Assembly: GCF_006345805.1 (NCBI RefSeq)
Contig: NC_043008.1
Coordinates: 31,434,001-31,498,000, forward strand
Source of the DNA: Octopus sinensis
Lineage: Eukaryota
Length of the DNA stretch: 64,000 nt
Direction: 5' to 3'
Made by a program: the position numbers and the translations under genes. This document shows, piece by piece, positions 34,845 to 48,274 of the stretch. Each line of letters starts with the position of its first letter. The first letter of the stretch is position 1. The notes beneath the pieces are model-generated. The model was not told the DNA's origin. It saw only the letters and a list, made by a program, of their open reading frames with translations, and did not search any database.

Positions 34845-36039
34845 TAAGAGGAGCTTACTATGATAACTGTACGATTTTCTGAATCCATACCTTATACTAC
34901 TCACATCCATATATGAGTTAGTTGTAAATTGTAAAACATAACTGTCATTACTACTACATGAACCTGAAGATTACATAGTTTAATGCATCAGTCAGAATGG
35001 ACATTTAATGTCTACCATTTCATTAAATTATATTATCTTATATTATTATAAATAAATAAAACGTAAAAATCAGACAAGGTTGGAATTTCTTTGAGCAATA
35101 TATACACATACATACATACATACATACATACATACTACCATACATACATACATACATACATACATACATACATAATATTTGTAAACAAACCCGAAGGCTT
35201 TGTAAGTTACGGAGAAAGAGCGACTACGAAAATCTTTTTACAATGAAAGCTATATAATTATAATAATGTATATACTCCGATTTAAAGTGACATTTATCTA
35301 AACTATTGACTGAAAAATGATGAGCTAACCCAAGCCAGAATCGAAGCCACAAATCAACGCTTATACGGCTTCTCGCGCATCCGATTGGGCCAACATGCTT
35401 ACCCATCAAATTCGGGTTTGTTCACAAATATTATATGTAATATTAGAGACCTATGTATCTATACATATAATTTGGCCGAATTTGATGGGTGAGCGTTAAT
35501 GACGTCTTCTGATTAAACAAAATACATTTTCCAGTTTACTAAATTATTTCCGCCTGATTAGCTAGTATACACTCACACAGAACCTGAAAGTTTATAACAG
35601 TAATATCTGGGCGGGTGGGGAGCATTATTTCTAATGAAGGCACAAAACCATAAATCTGAGTTGCTGTTTACAGGGCTTGCGCTCTCAAAACACTACAGTG
35701 AGACGTGGAATATCATCTCTAGACAAGAGCGGCATCTTAAACCCTTCAAACTACACCGTCTGTGACAATTCTTGGACATTACATGGATCGAAAAAGTCAC
35801 TTGCAATGAGTTCTTGATTAGTACGAGGATATCTGTCCTCTTCATCCTACTTCAAAAACAACATCTCCATTGGTTGGGCCATGTACATTGCGAATCAGTT
35901 GGGAAGATTCCAAAATATCTGCTGCTATATAGAAAGGTATAATCCGGCAAAGAACACAAGGCTGATAATGTTGATGATGATGATAACGACGACGACGACG
36001 ACGACGATGATGGTGATAATGATGCTGACAAGAAATGGT

Positions 36040-36399
36040 ATAAACATGTACCAAACAAGGTACATGACAAGACCAGGCCACAATCAGCTGGGATATACCC
36101 GTTCAAAGTGACTAAGTAATCAGAGTTAATCACGCAAACATAATAATCCAGGCCTGGAAGAAAATCGAAAGCACATTGATAGGAGAAATTGTCAAGGTAC
36201 AAAGATTTCGAAATTGAAGCATTCAAGATGTGGGATATGAAGGTAAAAACAATACCAGTAAAATGGTCGGAGCATTGAGTATGGTAAAGAAAAAGGTATG
36301 AACAAAAACGCTAAAGCCGTATCTGGACTCAGAAAACTACACATTATCAAAAAAATTGCCCTACTAGGAACAGCTTACATTCTACACATGATCCTTTAA
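36040..36399 (+). pseudogene. 3' fragment of an R4/Dong-like LINE (restriction-like endonuclease C-terminus)
   Basis: KWYKHVP..V, WDIPVQSD*VIRVNHANIII, EKLSRYKDFEIEAFKMWDMKVKTIPV..GAL...IKKIALLGTAYIL...L* match the K..KY.DL...W......PV..GALG...K..LLGT..IL pattern. Confidence 0.75.
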
Positions 36400-37139
36400 A
36401 TTCAATAGCACAACCCAATCCACAATGAATACAGAAATTATCCAATAAAATAATCTTGATAACATGTACTATAATATGTGCCTTCAAAAGTGTTCACTGT
36501 AACTGGGACTGTCACTATAATGTGGTTCTCTACAGTCTTAACAGAAGCTGTAATGCTAACAAGAACGAAGCAAAGCTTTCCAGGCGCAAATCCCTGGTCT
36601 CTCTTGTCTAACGTATGTCTTCAATGTGTTTATACATGAAAATATGAAGGGTCAAATTCATACAGTAAATTGTAAACATTTATGAAGTGTTGTTTAGAAT
36701 TAAAACTCCCCTTGATAAACAGGAATGGGTATCTATGGTAGATGTTGAAATTGTTCAGAATTACTCCAGGCGAATTTCACTTCTGTAGCACCAACTTCAC
36801 AAATGGACTGTTATTCTTCAACCGATCCTTGCTTTACCAGTGTCCTCCAGTAAACAGCCCACCATTTGAGCTTTGGGGGCTACAGGTGGCGGACTTTCAT
36901 CAGTGTTTTTCTGGATACTTTCATATCTGTTAAATGTGCTCATTTCTATTTGATAAAGAATTTTTCACTCGAAATAGCTGTGGTAGTTAAGAAGCTTGCA
37001 TCGCAGCAACAGGGTCTCTACTTCAGTCTCACTGTGGTACTTTGAAAAAGTGCCTCCTGCTATAGACTAGGGCCCAGCAATGCCTTGTGAAGGAATTTTG
37101 AATTTGTTGACGGAAACAGTGTGGAATCCTGTTATTATC

Positions 37140-37373
37140 TTAGTTTCTTTGTTAAAGTTCTTTCGTCACGCATCCTGTAACCTCTTCAATGACTATCCCA
37201 CGTGACTACTCTTATGCTGCTTATTCCATTTAGTCTAAAATTACCACTATCACCACCAACAAACCACTTTTGGATAAAAACGGAATAAGCAGAACAAGAG
37301 GAGAAACATGAGATAAAGAATTGCTGAAGAGGTTACAGGGTGTATGACGAAAGAACTTTAACAAAGACACTAA
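37140..37373. mobile_element. Hairpin (fold-back) MITE, about 234 bp
   Basis: ttagtttctttgttaaagttctttcgtcacgcatcctgtaacctcttca pairs with tgaagaggttacagggtgtatgacgaaagaactttaacaaagacactaa; the inner ctcttatgctgcttattcc also pairs with ggaataagcagaacaagag. Confidence 0.75.
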
Positions 37374-37799
37374 AATAACAACAAAAAAGCTAAAAAGAAG
37401 ACCGAATATATAGTGCGTGTGTTTAATTGGCTACGTATGACCATCCCCAAGTATAACAATATGATTGTCTGTTATTTTATATAAAACAAAATAGTTGTAT
37501 TGTACAGCTTCTTCGTTTATTTATCATAGAAACCTTCGTAAAAAAATTCCAGCCAGCGGTGCCAAGTAACATTGATGCTATCAGAGAATGCGTGGAGTAT
37601 TTTGGTCTGTATTGTAGATCGCTTGACTTTCATCGCTCTAGTCATGTGGCGACTATTTTGTTTTAGCGCCCACCGAGAGTTTATCTTTGCTCCCTCTTGT
37701 AAGTCTGCCGTATCTATGATGAAGTATATGTGTGTGTGTGTGTGTACATACATATAAATACAAGCATGTAACTGTATGTTTAGGTGTGCATATGTTTGT

Positions 37800-37824
<25 letters not shown>

Positions 37825-37831
<7 letters not shown>

Positions 37832-38181
37832 TTGTGTGTGGTGTTGGTGATGTTGGTGGTTTTGATGGTGGTGATGGTGACGGATGTTGTGGTGTTGGTG
37901 GTGGTTGTGGGGGTAGTGTTAGTGTTGATGGTGGTGGTGGTGGTGGTGGTTGTGTTGTGGTGGTGTTATATTAATACACACACACACATAATTACCGACA
38001 TATATTGTGTGTGTGTTTGTGTGTGGTGTTGGTGATGTGGTGGTTTGATGGTGGTGATGGTGACGGATGTTTTGTGTTTGGTGGTGGTTGTGGGGTAGTG
38101 TTAGTGTTGATGGTGTTGGTGGTGGTGGTGGTGGTTGTGTTGTGGTGGTGTTATATTAATACACACACACACATAATTACC
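37825..38181 (+). repeat. Tandem duplication of an about 180-bp GGT/GAT-rich unit
   Basis: 37825-37996 is repeated at 38007-38181, both ending ttatattaatacacacacacacataattacc. Confidence 0.85.
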
Positions 38182-39071
38182 AGACATCTATATGTGTGTG
38201 TGTTTGTGTACGTATGTATGTGTATATATGTATCTCTACAAACACATAATGTATGTGTATGCATGCATGCATACACATTATGTGTGTGTGTGTATGTATG
38301 CATGCATACACACACACACACACATACATACTGAGTTCTATTCGTCAGTTTTATAAAAACCAAACGTGTGTATGTCTGTGTGTGCGCACCCATGTGTGTA
38401 TGTGTGTGTGCGCACGCGCCTTTGTTTTTCTATGAGTGTATTAGTAAGGATTTTTAACATTTGAAAGTTGCAGTGTTATGTTGCAGAGGTCCCTCGAGGA
38501 ATGGAATTGATGGGTAACCTTTGCGGGTCTTTTATAAAGGGATAATTAGTGCTGTTAGTGGAGATGGTGGTAGTGGTGGGTGGGAGATGATAGTGGTAGT
38601 TATAGTGGTAGTGGTGATGCTGCAGACGGGTGCAGTGTTGTAATGATTGATGGGGCCACTCTCTGTGGTCGTATAAAGTATGGTGTGGGGTGGCTGCTGC
38701 GTTGTGCAATGTGATGAGGTGTTGGTTACGATTTGATGTATCGTTTGGTGGCAATGTCAGAGTTGATGATGGTGTCGGTTGTGGTGGTAGTGGTGGGCCT
38801 GTGATGGTGGTGGTCTTGGTGATGTTCGTAGTGATGGTAGTGGTGGTTGTGATGGTGTTGGTGGTGGTGCTTGTGATGGTGGTGGTATTAGTGGTGTTGG
38901 GGGGTATTAGTGGTGACGATAGTGGTGGTGGCGGTGGTTGTGATGGTGTTGGTGGTGGTGCTTGTGGTGGCGGTTGCGGTGGTGATTGGTGGTAGATGTG
39001 GTGGTGGTAGTGTTGTTGGTGGTGTTGGTGATGCTGGTGGTTTTGATGATGGTGATGGTGACGGAGGTTGT

Positions 39072-40303
39072 GGTGTTAGTGTAAGTGTTGATGGTGGTTG
39101 TGGTGGTAGTGTAAGTGTTGATGGTGGTTGTGGCAGTAGTGTAAGTGTTGATGGTGGTTGTGGCAGTAGTGTAAGTGTTGATGGTGGTTGTGGTGGTAGT
39201 GTAAGTGTTGATGGTGATTGTGGCGGTAGTGTAAGTGTTGATGGTGGTTGTGGCAGTAGTGTAAGTGTTGATGGTGGTTGTGGTGGTAGTGTAAGTGTTT
39301 ATGGTGATTGTGGTGGTAGTGTAAGTGTTGATGGTGATTGTGGTGGTAGTGTAAGTGTTGATGGTGGTTGTGGTGGTAGTGTAAGTGTTGATGGTGGTGG
39401 TAGTGGTAGTGTAAGTGTGTTGATGGTGATTGTGGTGGTATGTAAGTGTTGATGGTGGTGTTGTGGTGGTAGTGTAAGTGTTGATGGTGGTTGTGTGGTG
39501 GTAGGTGTAAGTGTTGATGGGGTGTGGTGGTAGTGTAAGTGTTGATGGTGGTGTGGTGGTAGTGTAAGTGTTGATGGTGGTGGTGGTGGTGGTAGTATAA
39601 GTGTTGATGGCGATTGTGGTGGTAGTGTAAGTGTTGATGGTGCTTGTGGTGGTAGTGTAAGTGTTGATGGTGGTTGTGGTGGTAGTTTAAGTGTTGATGG
39701 TGGTTGGTGGTAGTGTAAGTGTTGATGGTGATTGTGGCGGTAGTGTAAGTGTTGATGGTGGTTGTGGTGGTAGTGTAAGTGTTGATGGTGGTTGTGGTGG
39801 TAGTGTAAGTGTTGATGGTGGTGGTAGTGGTAGTGTAAGTGTTGATGGTGATTGTGGTGTAGTGTAAGTGTTGATGGTGGTTGTGGTGGTAGTGTAAGTG
39901 TTGATGGTGGTTGCGGTGGTAGTGTAAGTGTTGATGGTGGTTGTGGTGGTAGTGTAAGTGTTGATGGTGGTTGTGGTGGTAGTGTAAGTGTTGATGGTGG
40001 TGGTGGTGGTGGTAGTATAAGTGTTGATGGCGATTGTGGTGGTAGTGTAAGTGTTGATGGTGGTTGTGGTGGTAGTTTAAGTGTTGATGGTGATTGGTGG
40101 TAGTGTAAGTGTTGATGGTGATTGTGGCGGTAGTGTAAGTGTTGATGGTGGTTGTGGTGGTAGTGTAAGTGTTGATGGTGATTGTGGTGGTAGTGTAATT
40201 GTTGATGGTGGTTGTGGTGGTAGTGTAAGTGTTGATGGTGGTTGTGGTGGTAGTGTAAGTGTTGATGGTGGTTGTGGTGGTAGTGTAAGTGTTGATGGTG
40301 GTG
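39072..40303 (+). repeat. 30-bp minisatellite, about 41 copies (ggtggtagtgtaagtgttgatggtggttgt)
   Basis: Direct inspection; the unit translates as GGSVSVDGGC but the frame is broken by indels. Confidence 0.95.
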
Positions 40304-40621
40304 GCGGTATGGTGGTGATGGCGGTTGTGGTGGTTGTGTTGTGGTGGGTTTAGATCTGTTGTTATTGGCGGTGGGGTTGATGGCGGTGGGGTTGATGGCG
40401 ATGGCATTAGTGTGTGTATAATTGATGTAATTGCGATCTTATCTGATTTAATAATACTGCTGTGTTATGCTGATGTATGTGTGTGTATGTGTGTGTGTAT
40501 GTGTCTGTGTGTGTGTGCCTGTGTAGTGTGCCCCTAGGAAAATGCGTATTTATGTTTGAAAATGTATGTACTATTGGTGTTTTAAATGTGTGTGAGTATG
40601 TGCGAGTTTGTGTGTCTGTTC

Positions 40622-40668
<47 letters not shown>

Positions 40669-40697
40669 GTGTGTGTGTGTGTATGTGTGTGTGTGTA

Positions 40698-40731
<34 letters not shown>

Positions 40732-41058
40732 CGCTCGAGTGTGTGTGTCTAAAGAATGTGAGCCCCGATCACTTTTGAGTAATGCGTGGAGCTGATCAAT
40801 CTGATGTGATACAATCCCAAGTTAGTCCTTTCTGAACAAACCCATGGTCAAAGGCTTTCCAATCATAACCCTCTCATCTGTTTTCCGTAACCAAAATAAT
40901 ATTGTTCAACGTGTCCTTCCTTTTTAAACATTGAGGATATTTAGCTGTTATTTCTAAGAAGTAGGTGACCTCACAGGGGATCCTTTTTGTTTGGTTTAGA
41001 GAAGGGGTATGTAGTTTGATGCAATATATCGTCACGTGATATATTCTTTTACTAATAG

Positions 41059-41400
41059 CAGTCATTTTGACTGCGGCCATGCTGGAGCACCACATCAAAA
41101 GGTTTTTAGTCGAAGCAACCGACCACAGGACTTATTCTTTGTAGGCCTAATACATATTCTATCGATCTCTTTTGCCGAACCGCTGTGTTACAGGGACGTA
41201 AACCCATCAACATCGGTTGTCAAGGTGCGGGAACAAACAAAAAAACACACATGCATAAATACATGCATATATATATACGCCTACACACTTTCAGTTTCCA
41301 TCTACCAAATCCACTCACAAGCTTTGGTCGTCCGAGGCTATAGTAGAAGACACTTGCCCAAGGTACCACAAGCTTCTCATCGCACAGCCACGTCCGCGCC
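41059..41400 (-). mobile_element. SINE family A
   Basis: cagtcattttgactgcggccatgctggagcacc...cacaagctttggtcgtccgaggctatagtagaagacacttgcccaagg. Confidence 0.82.
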
Positions 41401-41464
41401 TATTGTATGCGAATATGAAGCCATAACGTACGAGGGAATATTTATATTGATATATAGCTGAGAA

Positions 41465-41635
41465 TGCCGGGCATACTGCTTAGCGACGTTTCGTTCGTCT
41501 TCACGTTCTGAGTTCAAATTCCGCCGAGGTTGACTTTACTTTTCATCCTTTCCGTGTCTATAAAATGAGTCTCAATTGAATACTGAAGTATTCCCCGAAA
41601 TTGGTGGCCTTGTACCAAAATTTGAAATCAATATA
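41465..41635 (+). mobile_element. SINE family B
   Basis: ttcacgttctgagttcaaattccgccgaggttgactttac...gaaattggtggccttgtaccaaaatttgaaatcaat. Confidence 0.8.
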
Positions 41636-42117
41636 TAGTGCTGAGTAAGAGTAGAAGTATATGGCCATATCCCTTTGAACATATATGTGTATATGTGTTT
41701 GTACATGCTATATATGCGAATGCTCTATCTGTGCGTCTTTGTGAGTGTGTGGGTGCATGCCTTGAATGAGTCTTAATGTGCATGACAAAGACTTTCCTTA
41801 CAGATCCTAGTTGACCAATCAGCGGAGGCTATTTCTTCCCAACGTTGTCGATGTCCGACATCAGTTTGTATGATAGGAAAATGGCGGCATACATATTAAT
41901 TACCAAGTGATAATGTGGGGGAGAGGTTCAGTGATATTATCTGATCACTTGCGCATGTGATAGCTGGCACACTCTTCTCCCTCTTCTGCTCGTGTGATAA
42001 CGATGAATCATTCCCTCGCACACAGCATAACACATATATACACACCACACACACATATATATATACATAGACAGATATGCTTTTGTATGTGTAGTTATGT
42101 ATGTGTTATTGTCTGTA

Positions 42118-42152
<35 letters not shown>

Positions 42153-42943
42153 CGCACACACTCACAACGCACACACACACACACACACCTAGTGGACAGC
42201 GATTTGGACAGAATGTCCTGTGGTATTCTCTTTTGACTCTGCAGTGTGAGTTCAGATTCATCCGAGGTCATCTTTGTCTTTCATGTCTCCGAGGTCGATA
42301 AAGTAAAGTACTAGACAAGTCGTCTTGGTGTACAAGTTGACCTACCTTTTTGCGCTGTCTATTTTGGCCTGCAAACTTCGATTGGTTTGTCGGAATATAC
42401 GATAAAACTTATATTTACTTTTCGTTTATTTCTTAAGAGTAGTGTGTGTCATATAATTCAAGTGCATTAAAAATTATATTTATATCAGTTCAGACAATGG
42501 TCATCACGTACACAAAGAACTTTGGAAATCGAGATACAGCCTTACTAGATCACTGAATAATAATAATAATAAAGGCAGGTTAATCGTGTCATTATTTTTT
42601 TATTTTATGAAATTCCATAAATGATAACAAATTATATTAAATTGAGGGTTTAAGTCAGACAAATCAATCCAAGTACTTGTTTTTTTGAGTGTGGAACTTT
42701 TTATATCGGTCACTTATGGCGAACAGCTAGTTTACTGAGACGTAAATAAAATAACACCGGTAGTCAAGCGGTGGATGGGAGACAAACACAAATACACACG
42801 CCCACACACACAAATATATATGCGTGTGTATGTGTGTGTGCGTTTCCGTGCATGCGTGTGTATGTGTGTGTGTGTGCGTGTGTTTATGTATGTGTGTGTG
42901 TGTGTGTGTGTGTGTGCAGATTTGGTAGGCAGAAGCTGAAATA

Positions 42944-43181
42944 CAGTAATCCCTCGACTATCACGGGTGTTACGTTCTAAAATCCCCCGCGATAGGTAAA
43001 AATCTACGAAGTAGAAACAGTACTGTACTGTATATATATATATATTTTTTTTTTTATAATTTGTATTTATTCATTTTATTGTAAATGCAAAACAACACCA
43101 CAGAGGAATCGGCGTAAGCTTAAATAATAAACCGCGATAAGTGAACCGCGATAGTGAACTGCGATATGGCGAGAGACTACT
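42944..43181. mobile_element. Tigger/pogo-like MITE
   Basis: Starts TA-cagtaatccctcgactatcacgg and ends gcgatatggcgagagactac, degenerate TIRs of the CAGT..TCCCTCG..TATCGCGG type; internal ccgcgata repeats. Confidence 0.65.
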
Positions 43182-43329
43182 CTCTCTCTCACCCTCTCTC
43201 CTTCCCCTCTCTCTTCCCCTCTCTCTCCTCTCTATCTTTCCTTCTCTCTTCCCCTCTCTCCCCTTACCCCTCTCTCCCCTTACCCCCCTCTATATTTGTA
43301 TGTATGTATGTATTAGTGTGTGCGCAACT

Positions 43330-43665
43330 CTGTAATCGCTGCTAGTGTGTTTATGTTCCCGTAACTTAGCGGTTCAGCGAAAGGAAGACCAATAGAAAAA
43401 ATACTAGGCTTACAAAGAATTCTTTTTCGGCTAAAACCGTTTAAGGTGCTGCTCCAGCATGGCCACAGTCAAATGCCTGAAACTAGAAAAAGGAAGTAAA
43501 AGAATATATCCACACACACACACACACACGATGGGTTTCCTTCAGTTTCTGTTTACCAAATTCACTCACAAGACTCGGGACTATGGTAGAAAAAACTTAC
43601 CCAAAGTGACATGCAGTGGGATTGAACTCAAAACCAGTTGGTTGCAAAGTGAGCTTTTTAATCAC
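43330..43665. mobile_element. Two SINE family A halves in opposite orientation (3' half on +, 5' half on -)
   Basis: cccgtaacttagcggttcagc...ccagcatggccacagtcaaatg, followed by atgggtttccttcagtttctgtttaccaaattcactcac...agtgggattgaactc. Confidence 0.72.
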
Positions 43666-43734
43666 ACAATCTTTCACCAAGAAAGCTTTGAGGTATTTAT
43701 TTTATAAAATCCATGAAAAAAATGTTATTTAAAC

Positions 43735-44130
43735 AGGCGGAGGCGTGGCTGTGTGGTAAGAAGCTTGCTTCCCAACTACATGGTTCTGGGTTCAGTTCCA
43801 CTGCATGGCACTTTGGGCAAGTGTCTTCTACTATAGCCTCGAGCTGGTCAAAGCCTTGTGAGTGGATTGGTAGACGGGAAACTGAATGAAGTGTATGTAT
43901 GTATGTATGTGTGTGTGTGTGTGTGTGTGTTTATGTCTCTCCACCACCGCTTGACTACCGGTGTTGGTATGTTTACGTCCCTGTAACATAGCAGTTCGGC
44001 AAAGCGTTCGATAGAATAAGTCCCAGGCTTTTAAAAAAATAAATACAAGGGTCAATACATTCTACTAGAAATTCTTCAAGGTGGTGCCCCAGCATGGCCA
44101 CAGTCTAATAACTAAAATTAGTTAAGGATA
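43735..44130 (+). mobile_element. Full-length SINE family A
   Basis: aggcggaggcgtggctgtgtggtaagaagc...ggtgccccagcatggccacagtc. Confidence 0.88.
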
Positions 44131-45211
44131 AATGTTTAATTTTTTTTTTTTTTTCTGTTTTGAATTATTAATTTTCTAAAGTGGGTTGCAATAGTAAAAT
44201 ATTTTGGACTCGCTGCTTTGATGCACCCTAAATATGAATAAAATACGTTAGAAGACTAAGATTACTGTCCTATGTATAGATAAAATAATGAGTGTATTTT
44301 TAGATTGCTGTAACGCTGTAGATTAAATAGTCCGCAATTCAGTTAATACCGAAGTGCTATTTTATAAGGCAAATATAATAAATGTTAGTGTGAAAGCATA
44401 AATAGAATAAAAATAATTAAGTGGCGTTCCCAATCTTGAGAGATTACTATCAGTCTGCTTGTGTAGATTTTGAATGAATGAAGTTTATTCCGCTGTGGTT
44501 GACGTCAGCCAACATGGTTGTGGTAATTCTGTTATGAATCGTAACATTGATTAGAAGAAAATTAAGCAGTTATTTTTAAACCATCTATATTTATCGTAGC
44601 GTGTGTCTGCGGTTACGGCTTCTTCCTATAATGTTAACTACTTTTAGATATCAGCAGCAAACTCTTGCTCAACTGCAAAACCTCTCTGCCACTTTAATGC
44701 CTTTTTCACTCTCTTTTCTTTTATTTTGTTGTAACTTTTCTTGTAACCGTCTATCTTTTCTTCCATTAGCTTTACTCTAAGAAATCGGTGTATGGTCGAA
44801 TGATGATGTATTAGTCATACATCTAAAATCCATATTTGCACTTCAATTTAACTGTGGGGCGGTTGGGAACAGAGCGGAGCTTCTGTTATACCCAGCAGAG
44901 CAATTAAGGAAAGATAAGGAATGCTGTATCATCGAAGAATCACAAAATTCTTGTTGTTTTACTTATAAGGTAACAGAGGATGCACGAACAAGCTAAATAA
45001 GAGCATGGAGTAGAACAGCTTAGAACACAAAGAGTACATTAGTTATACGGTATCATAGCAGAATCTTTCAACCAACACACCACCTTCTAATCTATTTGGT
45101 TTAGAAGACAGTGAGCACTGAGTTTAACCGACGACAAATTTCATGCATATAAAACATAGATCGAGGTAAAATAGAGTGTGGTTGTTATTCAGTCGACATA
45201 ATATTCGATCC

Positions 45212-45640
45212 GAATTTTGGCACAACGCCAGCAATTTCGGCGAAGGGTGTAAGTCGATTACATCGACCCCAGTGCGTCACTGGGACTTATTTTATCGCAC
45301 TCCGAAAGGATGAAAGGCAAAGTCAACCTTGGCGGAATTTGAACTTAGAACGTAAAGACGGACGAAATGCCGCTAGGTATTTATTCCGGTATGCTAACGA
45401 CTTTTTTAGATTACCTCTTTCTTCATTGGTTTCAAATTTTGGCACAAGGCCAGAAAAGTCGGGAGAGGGGTAAGTCGGATACATCTACCCTGTATTCAAC
45501 TGTTACCCATTTCATCGACTCCGAAAGGATGAAAAGCAAAGTCGACCTCGGCGGAATTTGAACTCAGAACGAGTGGATGAACAAAATGCGCCTAAGCATT
45601 TTGCCCAGTGTGCCAACGATTCTACCAGCTCGCCACTTTA
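45212..45640 (-). mobile_element. Two tandem SINE family B copies
   Basis: ttttggcacaa.gcca at about 45216 and 45438, each followed by ccgaaaggatgaaa.gcaaagtc.acct.ggcggaatttgaact. Confidence 0.82.
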
Positions 45641-46071
45641 TTCAGTCAACATAACATTAAGTGGTTAAGAAGCTTGCTTTGCAGTCACATGGTTCCGAGT
45701 TCAGTTCCACAGTGTGGAACCTTGGCTCCCTCTACTATTGCACCAGACCAACCAATATCTTGTGAGTGAATTTTATAGACGGAAACTATCTGGAAGCCCG
45801 TCGTATATGCACGCGCACGTGTGTTTGTATTTCTCTCTCCCCTCCGCACCGCTTATTAACCGGTGTTTGTTTGTTTGTTTACGTGATCCTAACTTAGCAG
45901 TTCAGCAAAAGAGATAACATAATTTAATGAATTTGAAGTAAGATCAAAACACACTTGTGAGACATGAACTTGCGCATGCGCTAAAATTAACTGGCCGACA
46001 TGAATAAATTTATGAGAAGTTATAGTTGTTTTACACCATGTTATCCTTGCTTATAACAAAAGCTTTCTACA

Positions 46072-46500
46072 AGGAGTGGCTGTGTGGTAAGTAGCTTGCT
46101 TACCAATCACATGGTTCCGAGTTCAGTCCCACTGCGTGGCATCTTGGGCAAGTGTCTTCTACTATAGCCTCGGGTCGACCAAAGCCTTGTGAGTGGATTT
46201 GGTAGACGGAAACTGAAAGAAGCCCGTCGTATATATGTATGTATATATATATTTATGTATATATATATATGTATGTGTGTGTATATGTTTGTGCGTCTGT
46301 GTTTGTTCCCCCAACATCGCTTGACAACCGATGCTGGTGTTTTTACGTTCCCGTAACTTAGCGGTTCGGCAAAAGAGACCGATAGAATAAGTACTAGGCT
46401 TACAAAGAATAAGTCCCGGGGTCGATTTGCTCGACTAAATGCAGTGCTCCAGCATGGCCACAGTCAAATGACTGAAACAAGTAAAAGAGTAAAAGAGTAA
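46072..46500 (+). mobile_element. Best-preserved full-length SINE family A (OK-like)
   Basis: A-box tggctgtgtgg, B-box gttccgagttcagtcc, central TA/CA tract, 3' tail cagtcaaatgactgaaacaa(gtaaaaga)n. Confidence 0.92.
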
Positions 46501-47392
46501 GCTATAACCAGTTTGTCTTGTTCAGAAACATGTAGTACCACATTATCCAGCTCGCCTTCGTTGTTTAATTAGATTGAGTTTGATGTGAAACGGATTTAGC
46601 CGCTATTTCTACAAGTCCACGTAGAGGCTTTCCATCACTATCTCGTTTTACGAGAAGCTGATACTATCGTTAGAGACACGTAGAAGTAAGTATATGCTAG
46701 TGATTATACTAAAACATTAACAGGAAAACTTTGATTTGTCTCCAACTGGGTTCTCTCTTTCATTATCACGTTATGTACTTGTTATATCTGCACATTTCAC
46801 TTTGTTTAAACACAAATACTATACTTTTACAATTTATCACACCCTAAAGAGTGAGGTGGCGGGCGTGGGATCATATCTATGTAACCAAAAGACACCATTA
46901 CTTTGCACTGTGTAAACCCGAAATCTGTCTTGGTATTGCTTTTATCGTTTGTCTAATTATATTTTATTTTTCCTATTAAACATGATAGTCTAAGTAATCT
47001 CAACACCATGTTTATTTTTCGAAATCTTTAAAGTAAAGTACGAATGTCTGTTGAAAATAAATTCAATGTAAATATTTATAAACTTACAAGTTCACCGACT
47101 GAAACGAATTGTACAAGAAGTACATTTCGTCTTCCATGTTATTTCAATACAAAATCGCTAATGTGCTGACTAGTCATGATACGTTAGTACATATTGCTTA
47201 CATACCGACATACATACAAACATACATAAATGTATGCATGTATGTATGTGTGTATGTATGTATGTATGCATGCATGCATGTATGTATGTATGTATGCATG
47301 CATGTATGTATGTATGTATGTATGTATGCATGTATGTATGTGTGAGTGTGTGTATGTATGTACTATGTAGTTTTTGTATGTATACGAAGGCG

Positions 47393-47690
47393 CATAGCTC
47401 AGTGAGGTTGTGAGTTCGATTCCCGGAGTGGGCTGTGTGATGTGCTCTTGAGCAAGACACCTTATTTCACGTTACCCTAGTTCACTCAGCTGTAGAAATA
47501 ACTTGCGGTGTCACTGTTACCAAACTGTATCAGCCTTTGCCTTGGATAACATCACTGGCGTGGAGAGGGGAGGCTAGTATGCATGAGTGACTGCTGCGCT
47601 GGTCTTCCATATACAATTTGCTCGGACTTGTACCTCGGAGGGGAGCTTTCTAGGTACAATCCCATGCTCATTCACGATCGAAGGTTTCTT
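47393..47690 (+). mobile_element. Another tRNA-headed SINE (distinct family)
   Basis: gcgcatagctcagtg...gagttcgattcccgg B-box and CORE-like cttgagcaagacac; single copy in the window. Confidence 0.55.
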
Positions 47691-47794
47691 TTATGCATGC
47701 ATGTATGTATGTATGTATGTATGCAATGCATGCATGCATGAATGTATGTATGTATTGGATATTTACATGTATGTATATATATATATATATATAT

Positions 47795-47836
<42 letters not shown>

Positions 47837-48178
47837 GTATACATATATATATGTATATGACGCCTGTTGTGATGTCCTGTTATTATTATTATTGTTTTTC
47901 GGATTATTTTTGTATTTATATTCGTGTAACATCGTCCGCTTTTCTGTTCTTGTTTCGTAGACATTCGAAGCTTTTTTCCAAGGAATTTAATGCTCTTAGC
48001 TTAGTTTTTCCTTGGGGCTGGCCAGATTGGAGCAATCTCAAGATTAATCAGCCGAAATTGCGAGGATGATCCAGTTCTTGACTGAAGATTAAAGGCTTCG
48101 AATGACCCGTCCGTGTTTTTTGTATCGTCTACTGGATGCTTTGCGATCTTGTCCCATTTTGTATTTATATATATATAT

Positions 48179-48223
<45 letters not shown>

Positions 48224-48274
48224 GTGTGTGTATGTATGTATGTATGTATGTATGTATGTATGTATATCTATGTG

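Noticed and set aside
35399-35493. 18-bp inverted repeat near a catccgattg motif (similar motif at about 18318)
   Set aside because: Possibly Helitron/Helentron-type non-autonomous remnants, but boundaries could not be defined.
39072-40303. CRISPR-like array
   Set aside because: Tandem units without unique spacers; eukaryotic context.
39076-40407. 443-aa Thr/His-rich ORF (and GGSVSVDGGC ORFs on +) as a structural protein
   Set aside because: Wholly a 30-bp minisatellite with frame-shifting indels; no start context, signal peptide or splice evidence.
47990-48110. HDV-like ribozyme on the minus strand (tcctcgc L3-like motif)
   Set aside because: Could not assemble P2, P3 and P1.1 in the required order by eye.
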